From Cystobasidiomycetes sp. EMM_F5 (lineage: Eukaryota): a DNA stretch of 64,000 bases. Where the stretch lies: NCBI GenBank assembly GCA_051047955.1, contig JBPGPT010000022.1:186001-250000 (forward strand), given 5' to 3'. This document shows, piece by piece, positions 10,852-22,478 of the stretch (within the stretch, counting starts at the first letter, position 1; each line of letters begins with the position of its first letter). A program made the position numbers and the translations under genes. The notes under the pieces are model-generated. The model was given only the letters and a program-made list of their open reading frames with translations. It searched no databases and was not told the DNA's origin.

Positions 10852-12638
10852 CTAGCAAATAACGCAATCCTTATCCTTCTTGACTTTGGTCTTGTCTGTT
10901 GGCCTAGGTCTAGCTCTACCGACAGGTTGCAATTTTGAAGATGCTGCTTTCGCATTCCCGTTTCCAGGATTTACAGCCTGGTCAAGCGTAATTGAGGTCT
11001 GCTCTTGTGCTTGCCGTCCGTGATGTTCAGCTTGACGATGCCGCTCTTCCTGGTCGTACTCATCTTGCTGCAATTGTGCAGCCAGAGCCATGCTGTTCAT
11101 AACGTCAGCGCTACCCAAGGATAGCTCAATGAGAGGGTGCCCATACTCTGCGTCATTGCGGCGATGTGCTTCCTCCGCAGCAGTAGGATTTCTGTACTCC
11201 CGAGCGACCCAATCCTGTCGTATCTGGGCTGGTCTTAGGTCGCTATCGTAGAACCGACTAGCTGCGCCATCGACGTCCTCTAGACTTTCCCAGACAGTCG
11301 TCGATTCGTGCAACAACGCATGGTCAGTCACAAGGTGAAACAAGGTAGCTTGAGGCAAGGAGGGTAGCGCGAACGCGGCTTGTTGTGTCAGGTTGGGGGG
11401 CAGCTCGTCTGGTCGCCTGTATAGAACACTAAAATGGCTATTGCGGAATAAAGCGCAAAGCGTGCCTGCGGGGAGGGACTCGGATAGAGAAAATAGACCA
11501 GCATAAGTAAGCTGGGAACTTGAGGATGCTAGAAAACGTTGTATGATGGCCGCTGTCGGTTCTACAATCAGCCATCCTTTCGTGCGCTGTTCAAATTGTA
11601 TATCTGCTTACCTTGATAGACCTTGGCCTGCCTTTCCGGGTTGATGGACAGATCTTCAAACGTTCTCTGTATATCCGGGCTAGCTGGGCCTGCTGATGAG
11701 GCTGTGATTGTACCGGCAGCCAGCTCGTCACCTTCGGCTAGGCGCACGACTGCTGTGTCGTAGTCTGGTGCGGCGTCATGCAAGACGCTCCATATCTCCT
11801 TGTCGTCTGTTGAGGCCACCCAACCGTGGCGTATGCTCACATTAGCTAGCTTGAACAAGTCGAGTGCGCCCTGTTCGGTTCCTTCCGCAGCGGCGAAACC
11901 GCCGTCGACAAAGTTTACATTGACATCCAGCCCTTTCAGAGTCGTCGGTAGAATATTGAGCGCAAAGTCTAGCGAATTGACATTATATGTCGGCGAGGAA
12001 GGAGGTGAGACGGAGCCGCTCTGCAGGAGAAAGTCCGCCACGCGCGCAGACACATCGGCATAAGAGGCGGTCTGGGAGTCCGTAGGGAGATGGATGTCGC
12101 CTCGAAGCTTCAATGTCCATCAAGAGTCAGACTTAGACTCTCATTATCCCTCTGTGTAACAACCAACCAAAAGAATATTGACAATCGAAAGGAAAGAACA
12201 TGGCCCATTCGCATCTTGTATGAGGATCTTGACCTCTGTCTGTCTGTCTGAAAACGGCGGCCACCGTATAGACTTCAATGGCCATTCTTGTGCGTACATG
12301 TGAGAGCTGTGATCCGGCAACGGCCTTACTGGACTAGTGCAGTTACCATCTGGTGGCGGAAATGCGTTGACGGCAGTATCTAGTGAGAGCTTGGTGACTC
12401 GCTCAGTGGATGCACGGGATGCATCTTGATCTTTGCGAGCATTGTCCGTGGACGACTCTTTGTGGACCAAAGCAGCTAAGGTCAGCCTAGCATTTCGTGT
12501 ACCATGGCTCGCACACCCACCTCCGTGCTTGACGACTTCGCCTGGTAATTGCGAGCTCTGTGAGACTCCTTGCACGTCCTGGTGGATGCCAGCTGGGTTT
12601 GCGTGTAATTCGGAATCCATATCGACTTTGGATGTCAT
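10852..12638 (-). CDS. MINDY-family (DUF544/FAM63) deubiquitinase with MIU motif and C-terminal CaaX
   Basis: WPLKSIRW...KILIQDANGPCSFLSIVNILL (catalytic Gln/Cys), GLDVNVNF, RHGWVA, FRNSHFSVLYR, LVTD. MIU-like ALAAQLQQDE. Ends KDKDCVIC*. Confidence 0.9.
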
Positions 12639-12929
12639 ACTGTCGGGAGGGACTATGGAAATATGGATTGCGGGGATGGAGTAAGTTCTTGCTTTGATGT
12701 CGGAACGACGGAATGGTTAGTATTTGTGTATCGTGCAGCTCTTCCTGAACCATCAGGGTGATATTACGTGATATTACGTTTGAGGCTGTGAGATGCGTTT
12801 ATCATCCCAGCACAGCCATACCATGTAATCAAATATTCCTGCGATACTTGACCAGTTGCATCGCGTTCAAGCTGTTTGATTTTGAATCACAGCTTGTCTT
12901 TGTTCCATTATCATTGTTTGTACCCAACC

Positions 12930-14622
12930 ATGGCCTATCCCGGACAGCAATGGCAGCAGCACCACCAGCAGTACCAGCACCAGCCCATGGGCAACCAGCA
13001 GTGGGGCCCTCCGCCTGGCGCACCTCCTCCCGGTCAAGGGCCAATCTACGCGGACAACAGCCAGCAGTATCCTGGTCCCCAGTACAATCAGCAGGGCTTT
13101 ATTGGAGGAGGAGTGCGTCGAGACTGAATTATTATGGCTGAGCGCGACTGAGGATGGCTTGCGATTCCAGGCAAACCCGCCTTATGGGGATTACAGGCCC
13201 TGTATGTGGATTGCATTCGTGTTGGGGCAGCTCATACTGACCTTCCCTTTGACTTTGACAGATCCGACGGATCAGTATGGTCCACGTAGGGTATAGGTCA
13301 CTTGTGCTCAAGATTTAAGCTAATATCGCTGCCCTCACTTCCAGCTCCAGGTCCCCCTCCACAGCGTGAGAAACGTTAATTGTAACCGCAGAACGTCGCA
13401 CTGACCTAGTCCACCAGACTATGGAAACGACAATCAGCAGCAGTACCAGCAGCAAGGGCCACCCCAGCAGTACCAGCAGGGACCTATGCACTTTCAGCCG
13501 CAATACAATCAGCAAGAGCCATTCTACTACAAGTACTCTGATTGCTCCGGCAAGCGTAAAGCCCTTCTCGTAGGTATCAACTATGTCGGATCGTCCAATG
13601 CGCTCCGAGGCTGCCATAACGACGTCCGAAACGTTTCGCGATTTCTCAAAGAGCGATACGGTTACCAAGAGCAAGACATGGTCATTCTGATGGACGATCC
13701 ATCCTTTGGCCCCCGACAGCAACCGACGCACGCAAACATCATTGACGCAATGCGCTGGCTCGTCGGGGGTGCTCAGCCCAACGACTCGCTCTTCTTCCAC
13801 TACTCTGGCCACGGTGGACAGACGAAAGACCTCAATGGCGACGAAGAAGACGGAACGGACGAGACCATCTATCCTGTCGATCACAGTCAAGCAGGCATGA
13901 TTGTCGATGACGAGATGCACCAAGTCTTGGTCCGCCCTCTTCCAGCAGGATGCCGACTGACGGCAATCTTCGACTCGTGCCACTCGGGTTCTGCCCTCGA
14001 TCTGCCCTACATGTACGATACGAGCGGAAAGATCAAGGAACCCAATCTCCTCAAAGATGCTGGGTCAGGTGCAATGGTGGCAGTCACTTCGTACATGAAG
14101 GGGGACGTTGGCGGAGCACTCAAGAGTGTCATGGGCCTCGGCAAAAAATTTATGAATAGCAACTCTGGTGCAGCGGAACGCGTCAAGCAGCAGAATACCT
14201 CGCCGGCAGATGTCATTATGTGGAGTGTAAGCCAATGTCGTTGGAGAAGGAGTATTGCGCATAGCTGACGCCAGCGCACTCAGGGCTGCAAAGATACTCA
14301 AACATCTGCAGACGCTAGTGAAGCCGGGCAGGCAACCGGAGCCATGAGCTGGGCCTTCATTACCGCCCTGACAAAATTCCCTCAGCGTAAGCGCTCGTAT
14401 CGCCATTTTCCGTGAAAAGCAGACTGACAACACGCTTGGAATGCAGAATCGTACATACAGCTGCTCAATACCGTCAGAGACGAGCTTCGTTCCAAGTACT
14501 CGCAGAAGCCACAGGTCAGTCTCGTCCGTTCCCTGTCGCCGAAGCTCTTGCTGATTTGGTACACGGCCATATAGATTAGCTCCAGTCACCCGATGGATGT
14601 GAATCTACTGTTTGTCATGTAG
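12930..14622 (+). CDS. MCA1: Type I metacaspase with Q/P/Y-rich prodomain
   Basis: [29 protein letters not shown] (catalytic His), [15 protein letters not shown] (catalytic Cys), [25 protein letters not shown]. Confidence 0.97.
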
Positions 14623-14836
14623 GGTGTAAGTGCCCCGAAAGTGTACTTTCATTGTCGCTCGGCATTTCTTTGCTGTGCGCTAGCGGTAGGATTGAGCCGT
14701 TAAGGGCGATGTGTGTGAGGGTCAGCATAACATTTAGATCAGATACTTAACTTCGCCTCACTTCGTCCTGAGCAAACCTGTTGCATTCGTAATTCGTCCG
14801 CGTTGTTTACTTCTCCGCTTTCGGTCAACCCCCGCC

Positions 14837-15499
14837 ATGTCGCGCATTGCAACTCGACAGCTAGCCCGCAATGTATGCGGAACACCGACAGAGGTGTGCT
14901 GTGCTCGCAGCCTGCGTGATTCATTACAAGCTGACTATATTCCAAATTTCGAGATTCTATTACAAGTCTTTGACGACAGAACGCTGCTGCTCGTCACGCA
15001 AGGCAAGCTTGGGAGAATGGTAGGAGTTCGAGATTATTGACGGCATGCGGAGCTGAAAACCGTCTGCCTCGCGCTACAGCTTCAAGTGAATCCCCCAACA
15101 AGGTCTGGCAGTCAAGGCCGTATTGATAACTTTGACGACTTGGACGATGAAGCCTTGCCAGACGTTCATTCGACCTTGTCCGAACTCAATCTACCCCCGC
15201 CTGACGCTGCATTCAGTATTTCAAATATCTTTGGAACACCCCGGTCTGACGCAGCAAACCAAGTCGAGCACTTGTACGCAGCTCAGATTGCTGCAATCCT
15301 CTTCAACCACCGTGACAAGTCTCAATCTATGGACGCAGAAGAGAGCGCTGGGCTGCAGACAGCGGGAAAGCCAGCCATCATTGGACTTGGACTGAAGCCT
15401 GCCTTTACGGAGAATGGCAGCCTCGTCGACGCAAGAGACAAGTTTGCCCAAGTCATGAGCATGGTCCAGGCTGTGATGGCCATGGAAGCTACCGTGTAA
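14837..15499 (+). CDS. Proteasome assembly chaperone 3 (PAC3/PSMG3-like)
   Basis: GTPTE|ILLQVFDDRTLLLVTQGKLGRM...IFGTP...HLYAAQIAAIL...IIGLGLK matches my recollection of the fungal PAC3 pattern. Confidence 0.7.
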
Positions 15500-15669
15500 A
15501 GTTGTGAAGGTTGTAAAGGACCTTTTCGTCTGGTCTGCCTGCCAGCGTTCAACGCAGCGCCACCTTTCTCAGTCCACATGGTCGCAGCGATGGCTCAGAC
15601 TTGGTTGGCTTACGACCGGGTACCTCTTCCGACGCCAGTCACTCATTTTAAATCTGTGCACCTGCCAAC

Positions 15670-16850
15670 ATGGTCTTTTCGCCAGCTTCGAGGGCCTTTG
15701 TGCGTTTCTCAGTGGACTTCGAGTCCAACGGTCGCTCGACTAACGGTGATGCTACTCATTGATCAACCCACACTGACAGCTAGCTGAAGTACCGCGCAAG
15801 CCATTGACTGATGAAGAAGTCGTAAAGAAGGCTGCCGAGGATGGTGAGCCGTGTTCAAGCTGGTGCTGCTGTGGCGCAACCGTACTGACTTGTTGTCCTG
15901 TGCATAACGTTTCTTGCTTTACTCGCTCTGTCCTGACTGTATCTGATATCGTACCCTTCTAAAGAGCGGAAAAAGAAGGTGAGCCATCCCGCCTAAGCCG
16001 AGTATTCACGCTGACGCAGAGTATCCTACCTCACCATTGTCACTCCTTCGCACACATCCAGGTCGAACTCCTCAGTTCATATCAAGAAAAGTTAGATGGC
16101 ATAGCCAAGCTCGAAGGGGAAATCTACCAAGCAAAACTCACGGCAATGCAAGCATCACCTCGCATGTTTGCAGGCAATAATCTCTTCTCGCCCCACCTCA
16201 ACCTCGGTCCAGGCGGTCTCAGGCATCTAGTTGAACAGGGCGGCGCACCACTCCTTGACACCCAACAACGTCTAGCTGCCTGGTTGCAGGCCAACGACCC
16301 GAACGCTGCCGCTATGAGTGATGAGAGGAGGGCGTATGTCCAGCAGTATCAGCTGATGGAAGCACATCTCGTCAGTCCTCGACAATCGCATCATACATGC
16401 TCAACAAAAGCTTACGTCCCTCCCTCTCCAGCGTCAAGCACAGGAGCAGGCCACCTTACTTGCGGAACGGAACGAAATGCTGGAGCGGACTTTGCGCCTG
16501 CAAGCTGTAAGTCATGTAGTCCTTGCGAGACATGTCCTCGCTAATAAAAGCCTTTCCTCAAAAAGCACGATAATTTTGATCATTTCGACGATGGGGCTGA
16601 TCCTCTCTACGCTGCCGAGATGCGACGACGACGGCGGCACTCGATGGGTCAATGCGGTCGTCACTACCATGATCGTCCGGCTTACGATCCCGGCTACGAG
16701 CCCGGACTCATGTCGCCTGAGTTTGAGCGAGCCCGTCGAGCTGAACGACAGGAATACGAGAGGATGGGTCATCACGGATACGGTGGGCATCATCCTGGAT
16801 ATGGGTCGCACTACGGTCACGGAGCTGGTCGATATGACCGATATTTGTAA
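15670..16850 (+). CDS. Orphan coiled-coil protein with His/Gly/Tyr-rich C-terminus, tandem paralogue A
   Basis: Six-exon model MVFSPASRAF|LAEVPRKPLTDEEVVKKAAED|ERKKK|VELL...LFSPHLNLGPGGLRHLVEQGG...|RQAQEQ...|PFLKKHDNFDHFDDGADPLYAAEMRRR...MSPEFERAR...YL*. Confidence 0.75.
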
Positions 16851-17220
16851 TCGTCTATACAGCCTGCTGTCTGGTCAAGTATGATGCACATGTAGTACTT
16901 CCTAGTGTAGCGGCCGATCACGGTTCCAACCTCCGCTCCGCACTTCCGAAAGGATATCCTATAGCTAGTTACATCTTCCTTGTTCTCTATGAAGCCGTAC
17001 AAGTTGGCTTTACTCCGAAAAAAACAAGGACTGTTCTATCTGTCCATTGCCGTTCCGCGTGTTCTTGAGGCCAGAAAATGTCGGACAATACGATTGTCAG
17101 ACGCTGCCTTTCACGACAGCGTAGCACGCCTTTTTCGACTTCTCAGCCTTGACGCTTGTCTATTCTTCACATCGCAGCTCTTAATCGGGACTTTGGACAT
17201 CAATCAGCCTTGTCAGAATC

Positions 17221-18401
17221 ATGGGTATATTCGATTCACCTAAAGGCATGCAATTCGTAAGCGTGCTTGTCTGACACATTTGAATGGATTTGTCTGACAG
17301 TCGGTTTGATGCATAGCTGGCGGAAGTGCCAATGACCCCGAAAGCTGAGCCAACTGAAGAGGAGAAAGCAAAAGCTGCAGAAGAAGCTGGTACGCTAAGC
17401 CTCATTTAGCGATGGCATTGCATAGTAGACCTACCGTCTGACATTACTGTCGCACCACGTCACAATCGTTGTCCGAATATAGATCTGAAAAAGCGAGTAA
17501 GTTGACTCCGTCATCAGCTCACGTTTGGCCTGCCCAAGCACTGATTGGCCCTCGCAGGCTGAAGATATGGTGAAGGTTATGAAGATGGAAGAAGATCTGG
17601 TCAAAATGTACGAAGGCCTGCAGATGGCACGAGCGGATGTGATTGCCAAGTCGCCACTCGTGGTGGGACTCAGTCCGGCCATGTTTTCGCCAGGACTGCA
17701 GCTAGGCGGCACTGCAGGCCTGACAGCTTTGCTCCGCGCCGGCGGCCCAGAGCTTGTGCAGAAACAACTCCTGCTCAACGAATGGATAGCTCGCCAAGAT
17801 TCCCGCTACGCCCTTTTGTCAGCTACAGATAGAGCTACGCTGGACTCGTATAAGCAGATGGCTCGACAATTGGTGAGTTCCCACGCCCCACAGATTTCAG
17901 TCCTCTCCTGTACTGATGACGCATGTTAGGATCTGCTCCAAAGCGAAAACGCGCGTCTTAGCAGAACAAACCAGCAGCTCGCAAACACGATTCTGCAGCG
18001 TGAAGTGAGTAAACTATAGCTCGATAATGAAGACTGCGCTGATGACCACCTAGGCGGACGCGTTCGACTATTTTGATGATGGAGCTGATCCGGAATACGA
18101 AGCTGAGCTGCGCAGACGCGCATCGCAGCGAACCCATCTTCCCCATCAGCGGCGTCACGCCTCAGCTGGCACGCATCACCATCATCATTCTCACAACCAT
18201 GTCAGTACATCCAGAGGCGCGGCTCGTACGTGCAGAGACTGTGCTCCACCGCCTGAGCACCGAGACTGCTGTCAGCACGGTGATCAGGGGCGCCACCAAC
18301 AGCATCGCGGTAGCAGCAGCAGCGCGATGTCACCGGAGTTCGCACGAGCCCGGCTGAACGACAATACCAACGCTCCTTACTACCGAGCCCATCTTTTCTG
18401 A
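17221..18401 (+). CDS. Orphan coiled-coil protein with His-rich C-terminus, tandem paralogue B
   Basis: Six-exon model MGIFDSPKGMQF|LAEVPMTPKAEPTEEEKAKAAEEA|DLKKR|AEDM...MFSPGLQLGGTAGLTALLRAGG...|DLLQSEN...|ADAFDYFDDGADPEYEAELRRR...MSPEFARAR...HLF*. Confidence 0.75.
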
Positions 18402-18545
18402 GTTTGTGAGCGCAGTGGTATGTCAGCTGTGTTCAAGCTGCTGTAGCGGCCGAGCTGCAGGCGGGTATGTTGATCAGAGCGATATTACAATTTAGTGGCT
18501 TGTCGCAACTTGGTGTAATGATAACAGACAATGATATACTCATCC

Positions 18546-21500
18546 TTATAGATCCGAGTCTTGATATGCAGCTCGTCTCATTGTACCCAACCGTCTCCGA
18601 GCGTCGGCTGTAGAACATGATTCGTACGATAAGTCAGCATTACGGAAGAAGCTGCTAGACCACACTTACTGAGTTCCTTCTCGAGAGTGACAATCTCTAC
18701 CTGTACCTCCATTTCTCTCATTTTGAACTCGTGCCCGCTCAATGTACCGTAATTGGTGTCGTCCTTGTTTTCCAAGTTTTGCGCAGATACTGCTCGGACC
18801 TGCTTGACAAGCGCCTTGCAGGCATCGGTGACGGCCTTTGCAGCCTTCTCCAGCGTCTCTTGCGTTCTTGACATGAGCTCGGCCTTAACTCTGCTCGCCT
18901 GAACTAGCTGAGCAGTAGCCGCTGCCACTTCATTGGATGCAACAATGAGCTGCTCCAGGCTGTGGGTTCCAGATATGACACCGTCTGCGGTCTCGATGAG
19001 CAGTGTCGTAGCAAATGCAACAGCTTTGGCAGCGCTGATGAGACCGTCCGTCCATCTATTATTACGCTTGTAGAAGGCTTGAGCGGAGCTGGATCCTCGG
19101 CCTTGAGCTACGATCTCGGTCTGAGAGGCTGTCGCAGCTTGTATCAGACGCCCGATGGCCTGAGTAATGGCCAAAGAAGTAGACAAGATGGTATCGTGGA
19201 CCTGAATGTCAACGGCAGAGTATCGCGAACTATCCTTTTGTCGAGCCATAAGGTTTTCGAGCTTCTGCGTGGCGACTTCGATAGCGCGTGCCGCGTTAGC
19301 CATCTCTTGCTCGACCATGTCTCCAATGTCGCCATTAGCTCTAGCAGTCTGCGAGGTCTTCTTCGGTATCAAAGCCTCGATATCGGTCGCAAGCTTTTGG
19401 AATGCACCGCGCGAGTCGACGTTGTTTCGAACAACAAGGTCCTTGCGGGCTTGGAGCTGAAGGTTATCGAGTCGATAAGACATAAGCGAAAGCATCCCCC
19501 GCAAAACAACGTCTCCCGGCGTCTTTGCCACGCGTACGAGCTTGTCAACCGCATCCTCGTTGCGAGTGAAGCGAGAAATGCCTTTAGCACTAGTGAGAAC
19601 GTCTGCTGTAGTCTGCGCAAGATTTGTGACAGTCTTGATGACTTCGACGTGTTCTCCTCCCTTGGATCCGCTGAGGTACATTTCGAAGACGGCTGCGAAT
19701 TCGTTGGCTGATGTGACCGCCTTTTCCACGAGCGACAAGGCATATTCGGGCGTTGCATTCTGGTTACCAGTCTGCATAGTGCTCTCGAGTTCGTATATGG
19801 AGTCATCGATCTTCTGCACGCCGGCCTGCAAGACGGAATCGATAATCTGATTCATCTTCTTGTGGTGATCTAGGATTAGAGTATCGATCTGGGCATTGAC
19901 AGCTTGCTCTGTCTCGCCGTGCGACACTTGCATGGTCGACATCTGTCGGATGGTTTCGTCCATACCCTCGCGCATGATTGCAATTTCCATGTCTTTCTCG
20001 TCGCGAACCTTGTCGGCCTCACCTCCAGCCTCGTCGAGCCGCTTTTGCAGTTCATCGATTCGAGCTTGTTTTGACTGTGAATGTGTACGGTACGTCAGTC
20101 TTGCTCATCCGTGCCAGAAGAGCAGGACGCCGCACCCTGAGCGCATCTTCCAGTTCGTTGAGCTGTCTGTTATATTTGCCAAGCATGCCAGAAACTTCGG
20201 AACTCTTTGAGCGCGTGGCATCTTCAGCCCTTTCTTCAGCAAAGCGCAGATCGCGTCTCAATCGCTCGACGTCTTCCTTTTGATTCTGTATGAGGAGGAG
20301 ATTAGCAAACTGCTCTGCCAAGACGGAGGCGGGGACCCTTCACTGATTTGAGGCGATCCATCTCAAATCTTGCGCGATCACGTTCTCGAATCATGTCTGC
20401 CAGCTCGAGATTCTTTGCCTTCATGTCGCGTTCCATACGCTCCATCTTGTCGATTGACTCTTGCGCCGAATTGGCCTTGAGGTGCAGACCTTTGCTCTTG
20501 GACAGAAGATCGAGGTGCTCGTTGCGTAGTTGAGAGTAGAGTTTGGCGAGAGCTTCGTACTTGCTTCTCCAGAGAGATCCTTGATCCTGAATACCACGAA
20601 GCATCTCATCCTTTGACGCCATCTGCTGCATGATGTTCTGCTGAACCGACTGCATCTCCATCTCGAGCGACTTGACACGCCGATCATACTGCTCAAGCAT
20701 CATCTGATCTCGCTCGTACTGGCCGCGCATCGCCAAGATCTCGCGCTCGAGCTCGGCAGCCCGTCCAGCATTCTGAGCAAGTTGCTGCTGTTGCATGTAC
20801 TGCGACTGCTGCTGATCTTGCTGCTGTTGACGCAACAATGCATCCTGCGCAGCTCGTTCCCGCTCAGCCTGTCGACGCTGCTGTTCTTCAAACTCTCGTT
20901 GTTGCCGTTCCTTCTCTTCGGCCCTTGCCCTCTTCTCAGCTTCCTGCTTGTCCTTCAGCTTGTTTTGTTGCTCCTCATAATACTTGAGCATCTTGATTTG
21001 TTCATCCATGTCGTTGACTGGAGTCGCTTCTCTTGCAGGAGCGGGCGAAGCATTGTTGGTCCCAGAACGAGACTTGTTATCGGTCGCAGCTGGCTTCTTG
21101 GCGGGCTCATCATCCGTCTTCTGAAGATCAGGCGGATCCTGAGATACACGCAAGTCAGTATGGTTTGGCTTGCTAAAAAGGGACAGAGACCCACTCTCGG
21201 CAACTTGGGCACCGATATAAGAGTCGTCAACAATCGCAGATTGGAGCATTCGTAGTAGAATTTGCGCAGATTGTAGTGTTGAGCATTGTATCGTTGCCTG
21301 ACTGGCTCGAGGGCGTCTACTGCACCAGTCTTGCGGTGCATAGCGCGAGCCATCGAGGTAATGAAACGGTAGATACCGTAAGATTCCTTGACGAGCGGAA
21401 CGAGGGATGCAATCCTGCATTCGTTGCTTCCGGTATCTTTAAAGTGCGCAAAGACGAGCTTTTGAAACGAGTCTATCTGATCTTGGAGGTTCATCAGGTC

Positions 21501-22097
21501 GTTGATGGTTTCGTAGCCTTCATTGGGGTCATCGATTCCCTTCAAGCTAATGTACTCTTCATACTCAAACATGCCGTTGAACTCTGTATGATTCTTGTGA
21601 AAGCGTAGTTTGGCGAGGATAAAATTGACGTAGGCCCGGATAAGGCTCGAGTAGCCGCGGTTTCCCTCTGAGCCCATTGTTCGTGAGCACGTCTCTAGCC
21701 ATCCAGTCTGATTCTGTCCCTCCTTGAGCGCACACTTGTGCCCTTCCTGGATTACTTTGTGGACGAGGATGAGGGCCTTGAAGGTCGACATTTCGTCCGA
21801 AAGGATGGGGAGCACTCTGAGCGAGTTCCAGATGGATAAGGAGGTGTGGTAGTCCCAGGTGTAGAGAATACATTCTGGGGGCCGTACACAGAGTCAGCGT
21901 GTCAGATCAGTGGCTGATCGGGCATACGTCGTCGTTGTCGTTTGCAGGCGACGGGAAGCAGGCTGAGAGAGAAATCTTCGAAGCTCACTGCGAACGTGCT
22001 TTGCTTTCGGCGCCGTCTCGTCAGCCGTGACAGCCTTCTTTACGCCTTCTGCGAGTTCCTTTTCAGCCTTGTCCCGGTCGACCGGCCTTGACGGCAT
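18546..22097 (-). CDS. SLA2: Sla2/End4/HIP1R endocytic actin-linking protein (ANTH, coiled coil, I/LWEQ)
   Basis: ETAPKAKHVR, VYTWDYHTS, FKALILVHKVIQEGH, FYKRNNRWTDGLISAAKAVA, IVASNEVAAATAQLVQASRVKA. Exact start uncertain. Confidence 0.96.
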
Positions 22098-22478
22098 GTG
22101 TGAGCTGCGGGGAGCATAATCGAATAGTCGCGGCGCAAAGGATGGCTCGTCAGAATGTATCCCAGTCAAGCTATCGTCAATCAGCTGTTGGACGCTCCAC
22201 TGACTCTCCCCATTCCACGGGTTTGTTCGTCGTTAGAAATGACGACCTGGGATTGAAAGTGACGTTGTTTAGCTGATTTGTGCGAGCTTTGAGCGAGCGA
22301 GCGACGATTAACGCACATTGTAGCTGCTGCAGGCTGGACTCTGACTGCCTAACTGCCTGCCCGAATCTTGTCCGAGTTGGGTCAAGCGAGAGCCAATTGG
22401 ATATCAATCAATTACAAGTCTGATAGTTACTGACTTATACTCTGCTTTCCTTTGCACCAATATCAACCCAAACCAACC

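Noticed and set aside
10852..10875. C-terminal CVIC as a pheromone-like CaaX peptide
   Set aside because: It is the end of the MINDY protein, and C-terminal CaaX motifs are already known in MINDY-1/2 proteins.
18962..19711. Long antisense ORFs (e.g. 18962-19711, 13315-13983, 26325-27005, 56386-57003)
   Set aside because: They are shadows of well-supported genes on the opposite strand and have no recognisable motifs.
4084..22097. HMG-box gene and SLA2 as a possible mating-type locus
   Set aside because: The HMG box is HMGB/Nhp6-type with an acidic tail, not MATA_HMG. No homeodomain, alpha-box, pheromone receptor or APN2 gene is visible, and SLA2-MAT linkage is an ascomycete feature.
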